Below are positions 1 through 8,620 of a stretch of DNA of 64,000 nucleotides, piece by piece; positions within the stretch are counted from its first letter, which is position 1; the number at the start of each line of letters is the position of its first letter. The notes beneath the pieces are model-generated. The model worked only from the letters and a program-made list of their open reading frames with translations, made no database searches and had not been told where the DNA came from. The translations under genes were made by a program, and so were the position numbers. Origin of the DNA: Clostridia bacterium (GTDB lineage Bacteria; Bacillota; Clostridia; TANB77; CAG-508); contig JAAVZW010000027.1 of assembly GCA_022791835.1 (NCBI GenBank), positions 10,112 through 74,111 on the forward strand, in the 5' to 3' direction.

Positions 1-485
1 GGTAATTGTACATCTTTATGTTCTGCTATTCTATGTGCCATTATTAAGTTATCATATGCTTCTTGATTATTTTCTGAGAATAACATTATCCATCCTGCAT
101 CTCTTGCTCCATATGCATCTGAATGGTCATTATGTATGTTTAGTGGCCCTGATACTGCTCTATTTACTAATGACATTACTATTGGTAATCTCATACTTGA
201 TGCTATGTATATCATTTCCCACATTAGTGATAGTCCATTTGCTGAAGTTGCTGTCATTGCTCTTGCTCCTGCTGCTTCTGCTCCAATACATGCGCTCATT
301 GCACTGTGTTCACTTTCTACTGCTACAAATTCTGTGTCTACTGCTCCATTACTTACGAATGTTGAGAAGTATTGTGGAATTTCAGTAGATGGTGTTATTG
401 GAAATGCTGCAACTACATCTGGATTTATTTGTTTCATTGCTATTGCTGCTGCTTCATTTCCACTTAAACGTTCTCTTATTGACAT
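1..485 (-). CDS. porA: pyruvate:ferredoxin oxidoreductase alpha subunit, N-terminal ~160 aa (gene continues beyond window start)
   Basis: Minus-strand ATG at 485 gives MSIRERLSGNEAAAIAMKQINPDVVAAFPITPSTEIPQYFSTFV..., a typical PorA/VorA N-terminus. Lies downstream of porD/porG in the operon. Not in the ORF track because no stop falls within the window. Confidence 0.8.
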   Translation of the reverse strand, partial: MSIRERLSGNEAAAIAMKQINPDVVAAFPITPSTEIPQYFSTFVSNGAVDTEFVAVESEHSAMSACIGAEAAGARAMTATSANGLSLMWEMIYIASSMRLPIVMSLVNRAVSGPLNIHNDHSDAYGARDAGWIMLFSENNQEAYDNLIMAHRIAEHKDVQL

Positions 486-497
486 ATTTTTTCCTCC

Positions 498-782
498 TTA
501 TTTCATTTCTATTGCTCCAAATGGGCAAACTTTTGCACATACTCCGCATCCTTTACAATAGTCATAGTTGAAGTCTTCTCTTTTTTGTTCTTTGTTTACT
601 GGAATTGCGTCATCTGGGCATACTGGGAAACATAGTCCACATTGTTTGCATTTTTCACTTAGAAATACTGGTTTTTGCGATCTCCAGTCTCCTGTTTTGA
701 ATTCTAGTGAGTTTCCTGCTTCATATATATTTCCTGCGATTGTCATCTTTTCTGCTGGTGTGTTTGGTGTTATCTTTTCCAT
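498..782 (-). CDS. porD: pyruvate:ferredoxin oxidoreductase delta subunit (2x[4Fe-4S] ferredoxin-like)
   Basis: 94 aa with two CxxCxxCxxxCP motifs (CKQCGLCFPVCP, CKGCGVCAKVCP). Sits between the gamma and alpha subunits. Confidence 0.8.
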   Translation of the reverse strand: MEKITPNTPAEKMTIAGNIYEAGNSLEFKTGDWRSQKPVFLSEKCKQCGLCFPVCPDDAIPVNKEQKREDFNYDYCKGCGVCAKVCPFGAIEMK

Positions 783-793
783 GCATTTACCTC

Positions 794-1363
794 CTATATT
801 TTCTTTACTTCATTTAATGCCATTTTTAAGGCATTCATGTTTCCTTCGATTACTTCTGGTTTCTTTGCGAATTTGTGCTTTAGTGATCCTTCCATATCGT
901 TTATTAGTTCTTCGTCTGTCATAACTTTACTTACTTTTGCTATTGCTGCAAGCATTGGTGTGTTTGGGAAGTATTTTCCTAGAGTTTCTAATGAAATTTT
1001 TCTTGCGTCTACTAGGTAGATTTCTCCTTTATATCCTTTTAGTTTTTGTTTTATTTCTTCTGGCTCTTTGCTTGAATTTATTACTATTGCTCCTGTTTCT
1101 TTTAATCCTGATGTTACATCTACTGCATCTAGTAATGTGTCATCTACTACTACTACGTAGTCTGGTTCGTATATGTTGCTATGTATTGTAATTGGTGTTT
1201 CACTTATTCTGTTATATGCTGTGATTGGTGCTCCCATTCTTTCTGGTCCGTATTCTGGGAAGCCTTGTATGTATTTTCCTGTATTAAATGCTGCATCTGC
1301 AAGTAGGAGTGATGCTGTTTTTGCACCTTGACCTCCTCTTCCATGCCATCTTATTTCTATCAT
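794..1363 (-). CDS. porG: pyruvate/2-ketoisovalerate:ferredoxin oxidoreductase gamma subunit
   Basis: 189 aa, MIEIRWHGRGGQGAKTASLLLADAAF... is the canonical gamma-subunit N-terminus. First gene of the por gene order gamma-delta-alpha. Confidence 0.85.
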   Translation of the reverse strand: MIEIRWHGRGGQGAKTASLLLADAAFNTGKYIQGFPEYGPERMGAPITAYNRISETPITIHSNIYEPDYVVVVDDTLLDAVDVTSGLKETGAIVINSSKEPEEIKQKLKGYKGEIYLVDARKISLETLGKYFPNTPMLAAIAKVSKVMTDEELINDMEGSLKHKFAKKPEVIEGNMNALKMALNEVKKI

Positions 1364-1427
1364 GAAATTACCTCCTTTATATGTTTACTATATATCTATT
1401 TTTGTTTCATGTCAATATTACAGTTGG

Positions 1428-2154
1428 TCAGTTTAATAGAATTTTAATATTGCATGTAGATTTTTTTCGTCTTGGCTTTTTATTTCTACTATATGGCTGT
1501 TTGATTCTTCTGTATAGCATATTGAGACTGTTTCTCCGCAGTTTTATTTGTTTTTTATAGTATATTTCTAGGTTTTTAAATTCTATGTCTAGTTCTTCTG
1601 GAAATATGTCATAAGCTAAGTCTAAGTAATTTGCATTGTTTACGTGATGATTTGCATCTATGTCTCTTTTTATTGCTGTGTACTCAGCTAATTTTTTTAC
1701 TGTTTCTGTTTGTTTTAGTTTTCCGTCTAGTTCTTCTTGGAATACTGTTTCTTCTATTAGTCCATATTCTTTTTCCATATATTCTGGTATTCTTGCGACT
1801 TTTTGTGCTTTTGCATCTATTAATACCCACTGTGTTGTTGCCAAAAGTATTAGATTACCTGATGGGTCATATACTTCGAAGTCTCTCCATGAGGATACTT
1901 TTTCGAATTTTCTTGGCCAAGTTTTTATTGTGATTTCTGTGTTCCAACATGGGCGGTTTATTACTTTGATTTTCCAATATAATAACATCCATGTGTAGCC
2001 TGTTTTTTCTATGTTATTTAAGCCATAGCCGTACTGCTTCGGCATGGGCTCCTGCTGCTTCTGATAGAATGTTTAGGATGCCTTTGTTTGATAGGGTGTT
2101 GTATTTGTTTATGTCTTGGCATCTGATGTGGGTTGTGTAGGTGTATGTGTTCAT
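1428..2154 (-). CDS. acyl-[acyl-carrier-protein] thioesterase, interrupted by two apparent frameshifts
   Basis: N-terminus MNTYTYTTHIRCQDINKYNTLSNKGILNILSEAAGAH (start 2154, RBS GGAGG) is in a different frame from the body (track ORF 1428..2045, ...HVNNANYLDLAYDIF...). The C-terminus ...LGETVSICYTEESNSHIVEIKSQDEK shifts again near 1545 at an A-run. Confidence 0.6.
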
Positions 2155-2268
2155 TTTTGTGCCTCCTTTTGTCGTTTAGTATATCATATTGTTAGGGGGA
2201 TTACAATATAAAACCCACAAAATAAGAGATGTATTTAACTCATACATCTCCTATTCTATGTATCTATC

Positions 2269-2439
2269 CTATTCCTCCTCAGGTGCTTCTACTGGGCATA
2301 CTCCTGCGCAAGTTCCGCAACCTATGCATAGGTCTTTGTTTATTTCGTATCTTTCTTCTCCTTGTGATATACATTGTACTGGGCAACTTGCTGCACATGC
2401 TCCGCATGATACGCATTTGTCTGTTATTTTGTAAGCCAT
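2269..2439 (-). CDS. ferredoxin, 2x[4Fe-4S], 56 aa
   Basis: Hand translation of the minus strand: MAYKITDKCVSCGACAASCPVQCISQGEERYEINKDLCIGCGTCAGVCPVEAPEEE*. Too short (<60 aa) to appear in the ORF track. Confidence 0.75.
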   Translation of the reverse strand: MAYKITDKCVSCGACAASCPVQCISQGEERYEINKDLCIGCGTCAGVCPVEAPEEE

Positions 2440-2468
2440 TTTCTTTCACCACCTTTCAGTTTTTTGTT

Positions 2469-3368
2469 TTAGTCTTTCATTTCGTTTTTGTCTAGCTGTT
2501 CTAGTTTTTTTAGTTCTTTTAGGTCACTATCTTCTAAGTCTTCGTCTGTTTCTTCTACATCTTTTATTATTTGTACGTCTTTTATATTGAATTTTTTTAT
2601 TTTTGTTTCGTCTTTTTGCACTATTTTTACTTTTAATAGTTCTTTTAATGTTTCTACACTCTCTACTGTGCCTTCTCCTTCTTCTGTTTTTACTATTGCT
2701 CCTACTTTTGGTAGTCTTGATAGTTTTTCTTCATATACTTCTTGTTCATATTTTAGGCAACACATTAGTCTTCCACATGCTCCTGATATTTTTGATGGGG
2801 TCAGTGACAGGTTCTGTTCTTTTGCCATTTTTATTGATACTGTTTCAAAGTTTGATAGGTGGGCACAACAACATAGTTCTCTACCACATATTCCACATCC
2901 GCCCATTCTTTTTATTTCGTCTCTTATGCCTATTTGTCTTAGTTCTATTCTTGTTTTGAAGATTGCTGCTAGGTCTTTTACTAGGTCTCTAAAGTCTATT
3001 CTTCCGTCGGCTGTGAAGTAAAATAGTACTTTGCTTCCATCAAATTTATATTCTACATTGATAAGGTTCATGTCTAATTTATGTTTTTTTATGTTTTTTA
3101 TTGCTATATCAAATGCTTCTTTTTCTTTCCTTTTGTTTTCTTCATAGTGTTTTTTATCTTTTGGAGTTGCTATCCTTTTGATTGGTTTTAGGGGTTGTAC
3201 TATTTTGTCTTCTGGCATTTCTTTGTTTGCAATGGCAACTTCTGCATATTCTTCTCCTAATGCTGTTTCTACTATTACAAAGTCTCCTACATTTAGTTTA
3301 TATTTGCCTGGGTCAAAATAGTATACTTTGCCTATTTTCTTTAATCTAACTCCTACTATTGTCTTCAT
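2469..3368 (-). CDS. ricT: PSP1-domain protein YaaT/RicT (stage 0 sporulation protein)
   Basis: 299 aa with GGCGICGRELCCCAHL and GACGRLMCCLKYE Cys motifs typical of PSP1/YaaT. Conserved holB-yaaT synteny. Confidence 0.8.
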   Translation of the reverse strand: MKTIVGVRLKKIGKVYYFDPGKYKLNVGDFVIVETALGEEYAEVAIANKEMPEDKIVQPLKPIKRIATPKDKKHYEENKRKEKEAFDIAIKNIKKHKLDMNLINVEYKFDGSKVLFYFTADGRIDFRDLVKDLAAIFKTRIELRQIGIRDEIKRMGGCGICGRELCCCAHLSNFETVSIKMAKEQNLSLTPSKISGACGRLMCCLKYEQEVYEEKLSRLPKVGAIVKTEEGEGTVESVETLKELLKVKIVQKDETKIKKFNIKDVQIIKDVEETDEDLEDSDLKELKKLEQLDKNEMKD

Positions 3369-3377
3369 TCTTTTCTC

Positions 3378-4160
3378 CTATTCCCATATTTTTAAAATTA
3401 GGTTGTCTATACTCATGTCAAAATTGCTATTTGCTTTTAGTTTATTTTTTGTTTCTTCTACATAGTCTATGCATCTTAGGTAGTTTGCATTTTGTTTTGC
3501 TTTTTTTATTAATATCATATTTATAAATTCTAGATTTTCTTCTATATTTTCTTTGTCTTTATAGAGTATATCTATCTTATTTAATAGATCTATGCTTTGA
3601 TATTTTTCTATGTTTCCAAATATTTTTTCTAGTTCTTCATATCTATTTTTTTCTTCTTCTGTTAGTTCTTCTAGATTTTCTTCTGTAAATACTATTTTTG
3701 TACATCTTGATTTTATTGTTGTTAGTATTGTATTTTCATTGTTTGATACTAATATTATGCTTACAAATTCTGGCGGTTCTTCTAAGGTTTTTAGTAAACA
3801 ATTTTGTGCTTCTTTTGTCATGTTTTCTGCATTGTTTATTACATATATTTTATTTTTTGATGTTATTGGTTTTTCTATTATTTTTGTTTGCATTTCTCTT
3901 ATTTCGTCTATTTTTATGCTTTCTGTTTTTTCTTTGTTTATTTCATAGTAGTCTGGGTGGTTTTCATCATCGAACATTAGGCATGATTTACAGTTTTTAC
4001 AGTAGCCTTCTGTTTCTTCTAAGCATAGTATCATTTTTGCAAATTCTTTGGCGTATTTGTAATTTTGACTTTTACCTGTTCCTGAAAATATATAACCGTT
4101 TACTACTTTTTGATGCTCTACTGCACTTTTCAGTATTTCTTCTATTTGCTTATTTTTCAT
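3378..4160 (-). CDS. holB: DNA polymerase III subunit delta prime
   Basis: 260 aa, HPDYYEI and NCLLKTLEEPP motifs of clamp-loader delta prime. Synteny with yaaT. Confidence 0.8.
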   Translation of the reverse strand: MKNKQIEEILKSAVEHQKVVNGYIFSGTGKSQNYKYAKEFAKMILCLEETEGYCKNCKSCLMFDDENHPDYYEINKEKTESIKIDEIREMQTKIIEKPITSKNKIYVINNAENMTKEAQNCLLKTLEEPPEFVSIILVSNNENTILTTIKSRCTKIVFTEENLEELTEEEKNRYEELEKIFGNIEKYQSIDLLNKIDILYKDKENIEENLEFINMILIKKAKQNANYLRCIDYVEETKNKLKANSNFDMSIDNLILKIWE

Positions 4161-4161
4161 A

Positions 4162-4809
4162 TTAAACCTTTCCCATTTTGTTTAATGGCCAAAATCTTAT
4201 TAGTACTTTGCTTTCTACTTTTTCTACTGGTATACAACCAAATTCTCTACAATCTTGACTTTTGCCTCTGTTGTCTCCTACTGCAAATACATATCCTTCT
4301 GGTACTGTTAAATCGTAAAATAGCCCTGTTCTTTCTGTTTTTACTCCTTCTGGCAAGTATTCTTCTGGCAATTTTTCTCCATTTCTATATACTTCTCCAT
4401 TTTGTATTAGTATTTTATCTCCTTCTACTCCTATTACTCTTTTTATGTAACTATTTTTGCCTATTTCTAATACATAGTATATGAATTTTGAAAATATATT
4501 TTGGGGTTCATTTTTATATATTGCTACTGGATTGTTTGGGTCATATTGGGTTGAGTCTATTCTTCTTACTGATGGAGCTTCGAATGTTATTATATCTCCT
4601 ACTTCTAAATCTTTTTTTATTGTAATACTCCATCTATTTAGAAATAGTCTTTCTCCGTCTTTTAATGTTGGGTACATTGATTCTTGTTCTACTACTGTTG
4701 GAGTGCATATATAATGTCTTACTAAAAGTGCTAGTATTACTGCGATTAATATACATAGTATCCATTCTACTATTTCTTTTATATTATTCTTTTTTTCTAC
4801 TTCTTCCAT
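4162..4809 (-). CDS. lepB: signal peptidase I
   Basis: 215 aa, N-terminal TM, SMYPTLKDGERLF (catalytic Ser box) and GDNRGKSQDCREFG (box E). Confidence 0.85.
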   Translation of the reverse strand: MEEVEKKNNIKEIVEWILCILIAVILALLVRHYICTPTVVEQESMYPTLKDGERLFLNRWSITIKKDLEVGDIITFEAPSVRRIDSTQYDPNNPVAIYKNEPQNIFSKFIYYVLEIGKNSYIKRVIGVEGDKILIQNGEVYRNGEKLPEEYLPEGVKTERTGLFYDLTVPEGYVFAVGDNRGKSQDCREFGCIPVEKVESKVLIRFWPLNKMGKV

Positions 4810-4885
4810 TTATTTTCCTCTCCCTATATTGTGTTTTCAGCACTTTTTATTATATATCAATTATTGTTACAAATCAAGTTAATAG

Positions 4886-6322
4886 CTATTTTTTTGTTGG
4901 TATTTTGATTACTACTTCTGTACCTTCGCCTTTTTTGCTCTTGATATCTATGCTACCATCATTTTTATCTAATATTTCTTTTGCTATTGATAGTCCTAGC
5001 CCTGTGCCTCCCATTTCTCTTGTTCTTGCTTTATCTACTCTATAAAATCTATCAAATATTCTTGTTAAGTCTTCTTCTGGAATTCCTATTCCATTGTCAA
5101 TTATTTTGATGTATGCATCATTGTATACGAATCCAACATATATTTTGATGTTTCCATCTTCTTTAGTATACTTTATACTATTTGTTAATATATTTAATAT
5201 TACTCTTTCTATTCCGTCTTTGTCTGCATGTACTTGTGGAACATTTGCTGTAACAAAACATTCTACTTTTTGATGTTTTTTATCTATTTCTATTTGTACT
5301 TTGTCTTGGCATTGTTTTACCAATTCACCTAGGTCAAATTCTGCTTTTTCTTGTTTTATTTCGTTATTATCATATCTTGACAATGACAATAGGTCTGTAA
5401 CTAGTTTTGCCATTCTCCTAGCTTCTGTTGCTATTACTGTTAGAAATTTGTCTTTTGTTTCTTTGTCATATTCGTCTTCTAATAATGTGTCTGCATAGCC
5501 CATTATTGATGTTATTGGAGTTTTCAGTTCGTGTGATACATCTGCTACAAATTCTTTTCTCATTTCGCTTAGTTTTACGTGTTCTGTTATGTCTTGGATT
5601 ACTACTATTACTCCTGATGGGATATCATCTTCATTTTTTAATGGTGCAAAGTGCATATGCATGTGGTTATCGCCTATTGTTACTCTTTCTTCTGATGATG
5701 TCCAGTTTTCTAAATATATTATTTTTTCTAGATTTATATTTACATTTAATTTTTGAAATATTTTTTCAAAGTTTTCATCTTCTGGTAATAGTCTTAAAAG
5801 TCTCGTTGCTGCAGGGTTTATTAATTCTATTCTTCCTTCCATATTGAAGGCTATTATACCGTCTGTCATGTGGAGTAGAATTGTTTCTATTTGGTTTTTC
5901 TTTCTTGATACTTCGCTTAGATTTTCTTTTAGTTCTCTTGTCATTACATAGAAGGCGTTTACTAGGTCATCTACTTCATTTTGAGCTATTGGTTCTGCTA
6001 GTTCTTTAGTTTGCACTTCTTCTCCTGATGCTATTTTTTTTGCACTATTTATTAGTCTTGTAATTGGTGAAATTATTTTTTTTGTTACAAATACTCCTAC
6101 TAGAACACATATTAGGGTAAATATGAAGATTGTTATTAGTGTTATGATTTTTAACTGTCCTTGATATTTTTGTATCATTAGACTATATTCTTCTATATTT
6201 TCTGTCTGTGATGTTGTTATTGATTGTAGGCTTGTATAATTGATATAACCCATTGCACCTATTATGATTATTCCTACTATTAAGAATATTAGAATTATTT
6301 TGATTTGTATATTTCTTAGCAT
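4886..6322 (-). CDS. sensor histidine kinase (2 TM, HAMP, PAS, HisKA, HATPase_c)
   Basis: 478 aa with H-box SHELKTPITSI and C-terminal GGTGLGLSIAKEI ATPase motifs. Paired with the upstream response regulator. Confidence 0.85.
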   Translation of the reverse strand: MLRNIQIKIILIFLIVGIIIIGAMGYINYTSLQSITTSQTENIEEYSLMIQKYQGQLKIITLITIFIFTLICVLVGVFVTKKIISPITRLINSAKKIASGEEVQTKELAEPIAQNEVDDLVNAFYVMTRELKENLSEVSRKKNQIETILLHMTDGIIAFNMEGRIELINPAATRLLRLLPEDENFEKIFQKLNVNINLEKIIYLENWTSSEERVTIGDNHMHMHFAPLKNEDDIPSGVIVVIQDITEHVKLSEMRKEFVADVSHELKTPITSIMGYADTLLEDEYDKETKDKFLTVIATEARRMAKLVTDLLSLSRYDNNEIKQEKAEFDLGELVKQCQDKVQIEIDKKHQKVECFVTANVPQVHADKDGIERVILNILTNSIKYTKEDGNIKIYVGFVYNDAYIKIIDNGIGIPEEDLTRIFDRFYRVDKARTREMGGTGLGLSIAKEILDKNDGSIDIKSKKGEGTEVVIKIPTKK

Positions 6323-6395
6323 TTTTTCCCTTTCATTTTTGCTTCAAGCAAAGGGCACTTGTTTTTTAGTGCCCCTTGTTTATTTATTTTTGTTT

Positions 6396-7139
6396 TTATT
6401 CTGGCTTTGCGATATAGTATCCTACGCCTCTTTTGGTTACAAGTATTTGTGGGTTTGTAGTATCTTCTTCAATTTTTTCTCTTATTCTTCTAACTGTAAC
6501 ATCTACTGTTCTAATATCTCCAAAGTATTCATATCCCCATACTTTTTCTAGCAATAATTCTCTTGAGACTATTTGTCCTGGTTGTAATGCTAGATATTTT
6601 AGTGCTTCAAATTCTCTTACTGTTAAATCCACTTTTTCTCCTCTAACTCTTACTTCAAATCTATCTACATCTAGGCTTAAGTCTCCTACTTCTATTTTGT
6701 GATCTTCTTTCTTTTCTTTATTTTCTTGTATAACTGTTGGCACTTCTGATTTTCTAAGATTTGCTTTCACTCTTGCCATTAGTTCTCTAACGCTAAATGG
6801 TTTTGTAATATAGTCATCTGCACCAAGCTCTAGTCCTACAATTTTGTCTAGTTCTTCGTCTTTTGCTGATAGGATTAATATTGGTACATTTAATGCACTT
6901 TTAATTTTTTTGCAAGCTGTAAGCCCATCCATTTTTGGAAGCATGATGTCTAGTAAGATTAAATCTGGTTTTTTCTCTAGTGCTGTTTCTACAGCTGTTA
7001 CTCCATCATTTGCTTCTATTGTGTTATATCCTTCTTTTTTTAGATTGTATACTAGTATATCGATTATTGATTGTTCATCATCTACTATTAATATTGTTTT
7101 TTTGTCTTCATCATCAAACATAAATGCTCCGCCTTTCAT
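6396..7139 (-). CDS. OmpR-family response regulator (receiver + winged helix)
   Basis: ILIVDDEQSIIDIL...D receiver domain and C-terminal trans_reg_C. True start probably the internal ATG at 7121 (MFDDEDKK, preceded by AAAGGCGGAG). Confidence 0.85.
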   Translation of the reverse strand: MKGGAFMFDDEDKKTILIVDDEQSIIDILVYNLKKEGYNTIEANDGVTAVETALEKKPDLILLDIMLPKMDGLTACKKIKSALNVPILILSAKDEELDKIVGLELGADDYITKPFSVRELMARVKANLRKSEVPTVIQENKEKKEDHKIEVGDLSLDVDRFEVRVRGEKVDLTVREFEALKYLALQPGQIVSRELLLEKVWGYEYFGDIRTVDVTVRRIREKIEEDTTNPQILVTKRGVGYYIAKPE

Positions 7140-7240
7140 TTGAGACTTTATATCTACTTTATATCACAAATTTGAAATTAAAACAAGTATTTTTATGTTT
7201 TTTATGGTAGAATATTTTTTTATTTTAGTTTTATGTTAAA

Positions 7241-7511
7241 ATTTTCTACAATATTTAAATTATAACAAAATTATTGCTATTGCAAATCAAAAAGGTGGAG
7301 TATTAACATTCTAGAATACTTAAATTATAACTGTCCATATCGGTTACCAAGACTGGAGCTGTATATGCTTTACATTCTAAAATACTTAAATTATAACGCA
7401 TAATACTTGGTGGCGTTGGTATTTCCTTGTATATATTTACATTCTAAAATACTTAAATTATAACACACACACACAGATGTTTTAGAAGACGGAAAAAGCG
7501 ATTTACATTCT
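7241..7511 (-). CRISPR. CRISPR array, trailer-side part: 3 intact or near-intact repeats + 1 degenerate terminal repeat + 11-nt repeat stump; spacers S0-S3 of 35-38 nt
   Basis: Repeat (minus orientation) GTTATAATTTAAGTATTTTAGAATGTAAAT, 30 nt, I-B-like ...ATGTAAAT end. Plus-strand copies at 7302-7331 (2 mismatches), 7368-7397, 7435-7464, stump 7501-7511, decayed copy 7241-7266. Spacers are unique. Orientation matches the minus-strand cas operon. Confidence 0.85.
7501..7511. repeat. attL core ATTTACATTCT (direct repeat of 37257-37267; equals one end of the CRISPR repeat)
   Basis: Identical 11-mer at both prophage junctions. On the left it is preceded by spacer S3 and followed by phage DNA (ACTATATTGAAACC...). 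Confidence 0.7.
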
Positions 7512-7631
7512 ACTATATTGAAACCTTTTTCTCTAAAAATTCTATATATATTCTCACAAGCTACATTCGGCTTGTATCATAGTCCATGTTATTTTTCAAA
7601 GTTAATTTTCGATAACTCTAGATTGATTTTA

Positions 7632-7664
7632 TTAGTAACAAATTAGTAACAAATTAGTAACAAA
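7632..7664. repeat. 3 tandem copies of TTAGTAACAAA (putative integrase arm-type sites, attL side)
   Basis: ttagtaacaaa x3. The same TAGTAACAA motif occurs twice at 37181-37200 next to attR. Confidence 0.4.
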
Positions 7665-7693
7665 AAAATTTTTTAACTTTTTTCAAAAAAGTA

Positions 7694-7722
7694 TTGACAA
7701 TGACGTAACGTCGTGTTATAAT
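7694..7722 (+). promoter_or_regulatory. sigma-A promoter P1 (TTGACA-17-TATAAT) with embedded palindromic operator GACGTAACGTC
   Basis: ttgaca 7694-7699, tataat 7717-7722. 5-1-5 palindrome at 7702-7712 in the spacer. Near-identical copy at 8157-8185. Confidence 0.6.
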
Positions 7723-7753
7723 TAATTTATCCTAAGAGAGAGGAGGTAAACAA

Positions 7754-7873
7754 ATGATACTAAAGAAACTCTTTAAAAAACAAAAAGAGCCGACTTTCAT
7801 TCAGAAAGTCGACAAGTGGCAGACCGAAATGTACCTTTACAAACTTTCCCAAGAACGCAAAGTACTTAGATAA
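7754..7873 (+). CDS. hypothetical small protein, 39 aa (MILKKLFKKQKEPTFIQKVDKWQTEMYLYKLSQERKVLR)
   Basis: Strong RBS AGAGGAGGT 7 nt upstream, immediately downstream of P1. Hand-called (<60 aa). Confidence 0.4.
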   Translation: MILKKLFKKQKEPTFIQKVDKWQTEMYLYKLSQERKVLR

Positions 7874-7884
7874 GCCACTGAGTT

Positions 7885-7915
7885 GAGGAGCTAGCACTCC
7901 TCTTCTCTAATATTT
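7885..7915 (+). terminator. possible weak intrinsic terminator (GAGGAG-ctagca-CTCCTC + T-rich)
   Basis: 6-bp stem hairpin followed by ttctctaatattta. Confidence 0.25.
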
Positions 7916-7954
7916 ATATCATAAAATATTACAAAAAGCAAGATAGGAGGAAAA

Positions 7955-8137
7955 ATGGAAAAAAGAAATTTAAAAATAACATTCAACAAATCAGGCAGCG
8001 GAAGTATAACAAAAAGAATCACACTTCCTAGTAAATTTATTTCAGACATGGGCATAACAGAACAAGATAGAGATGTTGAATTGCTATATGACGAACAGCA
8101 TAAACAAATTATACTAAGAAAAGCTAAAAAAAATTAA
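7955..8137 (+). CDS. AbrB/MazE/SpoVT-family DNA-binding protein, 60 aa
   Basis: ...ITKRITLPSKFISDMGITEQDRDVELLYDE... resembles the swapped-hairpin AbrB/MazE fold. RBS TAGGAGG. Confidence 0.5.
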   Translation: MEKRNLKITFNKSGSGSITKRITLPSKFISDMGITEQDRDVELLYDEQHKQIILRKAKKN

Positions 8138-8156
8138 AAAATTTTGCAAAAAAGTA

Positions 8157-8185
8157 TTGACAACGACGTAACGTCATGTTATAAT
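8157..8185 (+). promoter_or_regulatory. sigma-A promoter P2 (TTGACA-17-TATAAT), near-identical duplicate of P1 with the same GACGTAACGTC operator
   Basis: caaaaaagtattgacaaCgacgtaacgtcAtgttataat; 36 of 38 nt identical to P1. Confidence 0.6.
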
Positions 8186-8245
8186 ATAATTACAGTAAGA
8201 GATAAGACGTTAGCAAATGCAACGCACTCTGAGAAGGAGATTGTT

Positions 8246-8617
8246 ATGAAAGAAGCAAAAAAATATGAAGGAAGAAAAATTTTAGTAAAAGTCGAATCTG
8301 GCGACAAAAATACTGATTATTCGAAAAAAATAAATATTGTGAGAAGCTTAGAAAGCTTTAAAAATGATGTAGAAAATGATATGTATACATCTGTTGAACT
8401 AATTGAAGACAACTTAACTTTATATCAATGCGATGTTAAAAAAACGAGCGATTTAGCAAAAATTCATGAAATTAGAAGTTGCTGGGCAAAAGGAAAATTT
8501 AATTATGATATTTTCTTAACTAAAAATGAAATCAAAGAGTTGCTTGAAAATGATGCTCTTGTAGCTATAAATGGGTTACAAGAAATTGAACTAGAAGATT
8601 TAGAAAAGTTGAGTTAG
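8246..8617 (+). CDS. hypothetical protein, 123 aa
   Basis: Start chosen at ATG 8246 (MKEAKKYEGRK...) with RBS GAGAAGGAGA. The upstream part of track ORF 8144..8617 overlaps promoter P2. No recognisable domain. Confidence 0.5.
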   Translation: MKEAKKYEGRKILVKVESGDKNTDYSKKINIVRSLESFKNDVENDMYTSVELIEDNLTLYQCDVKKTSDLAKIHEIRSCWAKGKFNYDIFLTKNEIKELLENDALVAINGLQEIELEDLEKLS

Positions 8618-8620
8618 TGT

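Noticed and set aside
136-561. 141-aa plus-strand ORF (and 35..388, 389..571) at the window start
   Set aside because: Antisense to a clearly recognisable porA N-terminus on the minus strand. Its composition is the mirror image of the real gene.
2488-3021. Ser/Leu-rich plus-strand ORFs (2488..3021, 2603..2959, 3610..4165 etc.)
   Set aside because: Low-complexity shadows of AT-rich minus-strand genes (yaaT, holB). No RBS, no domain.
7140-7240. tRNA or tmRNA integration target near attL
   Set aside because: No cloverleaf-like structure or tRNA-like sequence found. The integration target is the CRISPR repeat itself.
7302-7464. Possibility that the 30-nt repeats are phage attachment-site duplications or a phage-borne mini-array rather than a host CRISPR array
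   Set aside because: Four or more copies are spaced by unique 35-38-nt spacers. The repeat ends in the I-B signature ATGTAAAT and has the same orientation as the adjacent cas operon. The terminal repeats are degenerate, as in genuine array trailers. The identical repeat abuts the cas3 leader on the other side of the prophage.
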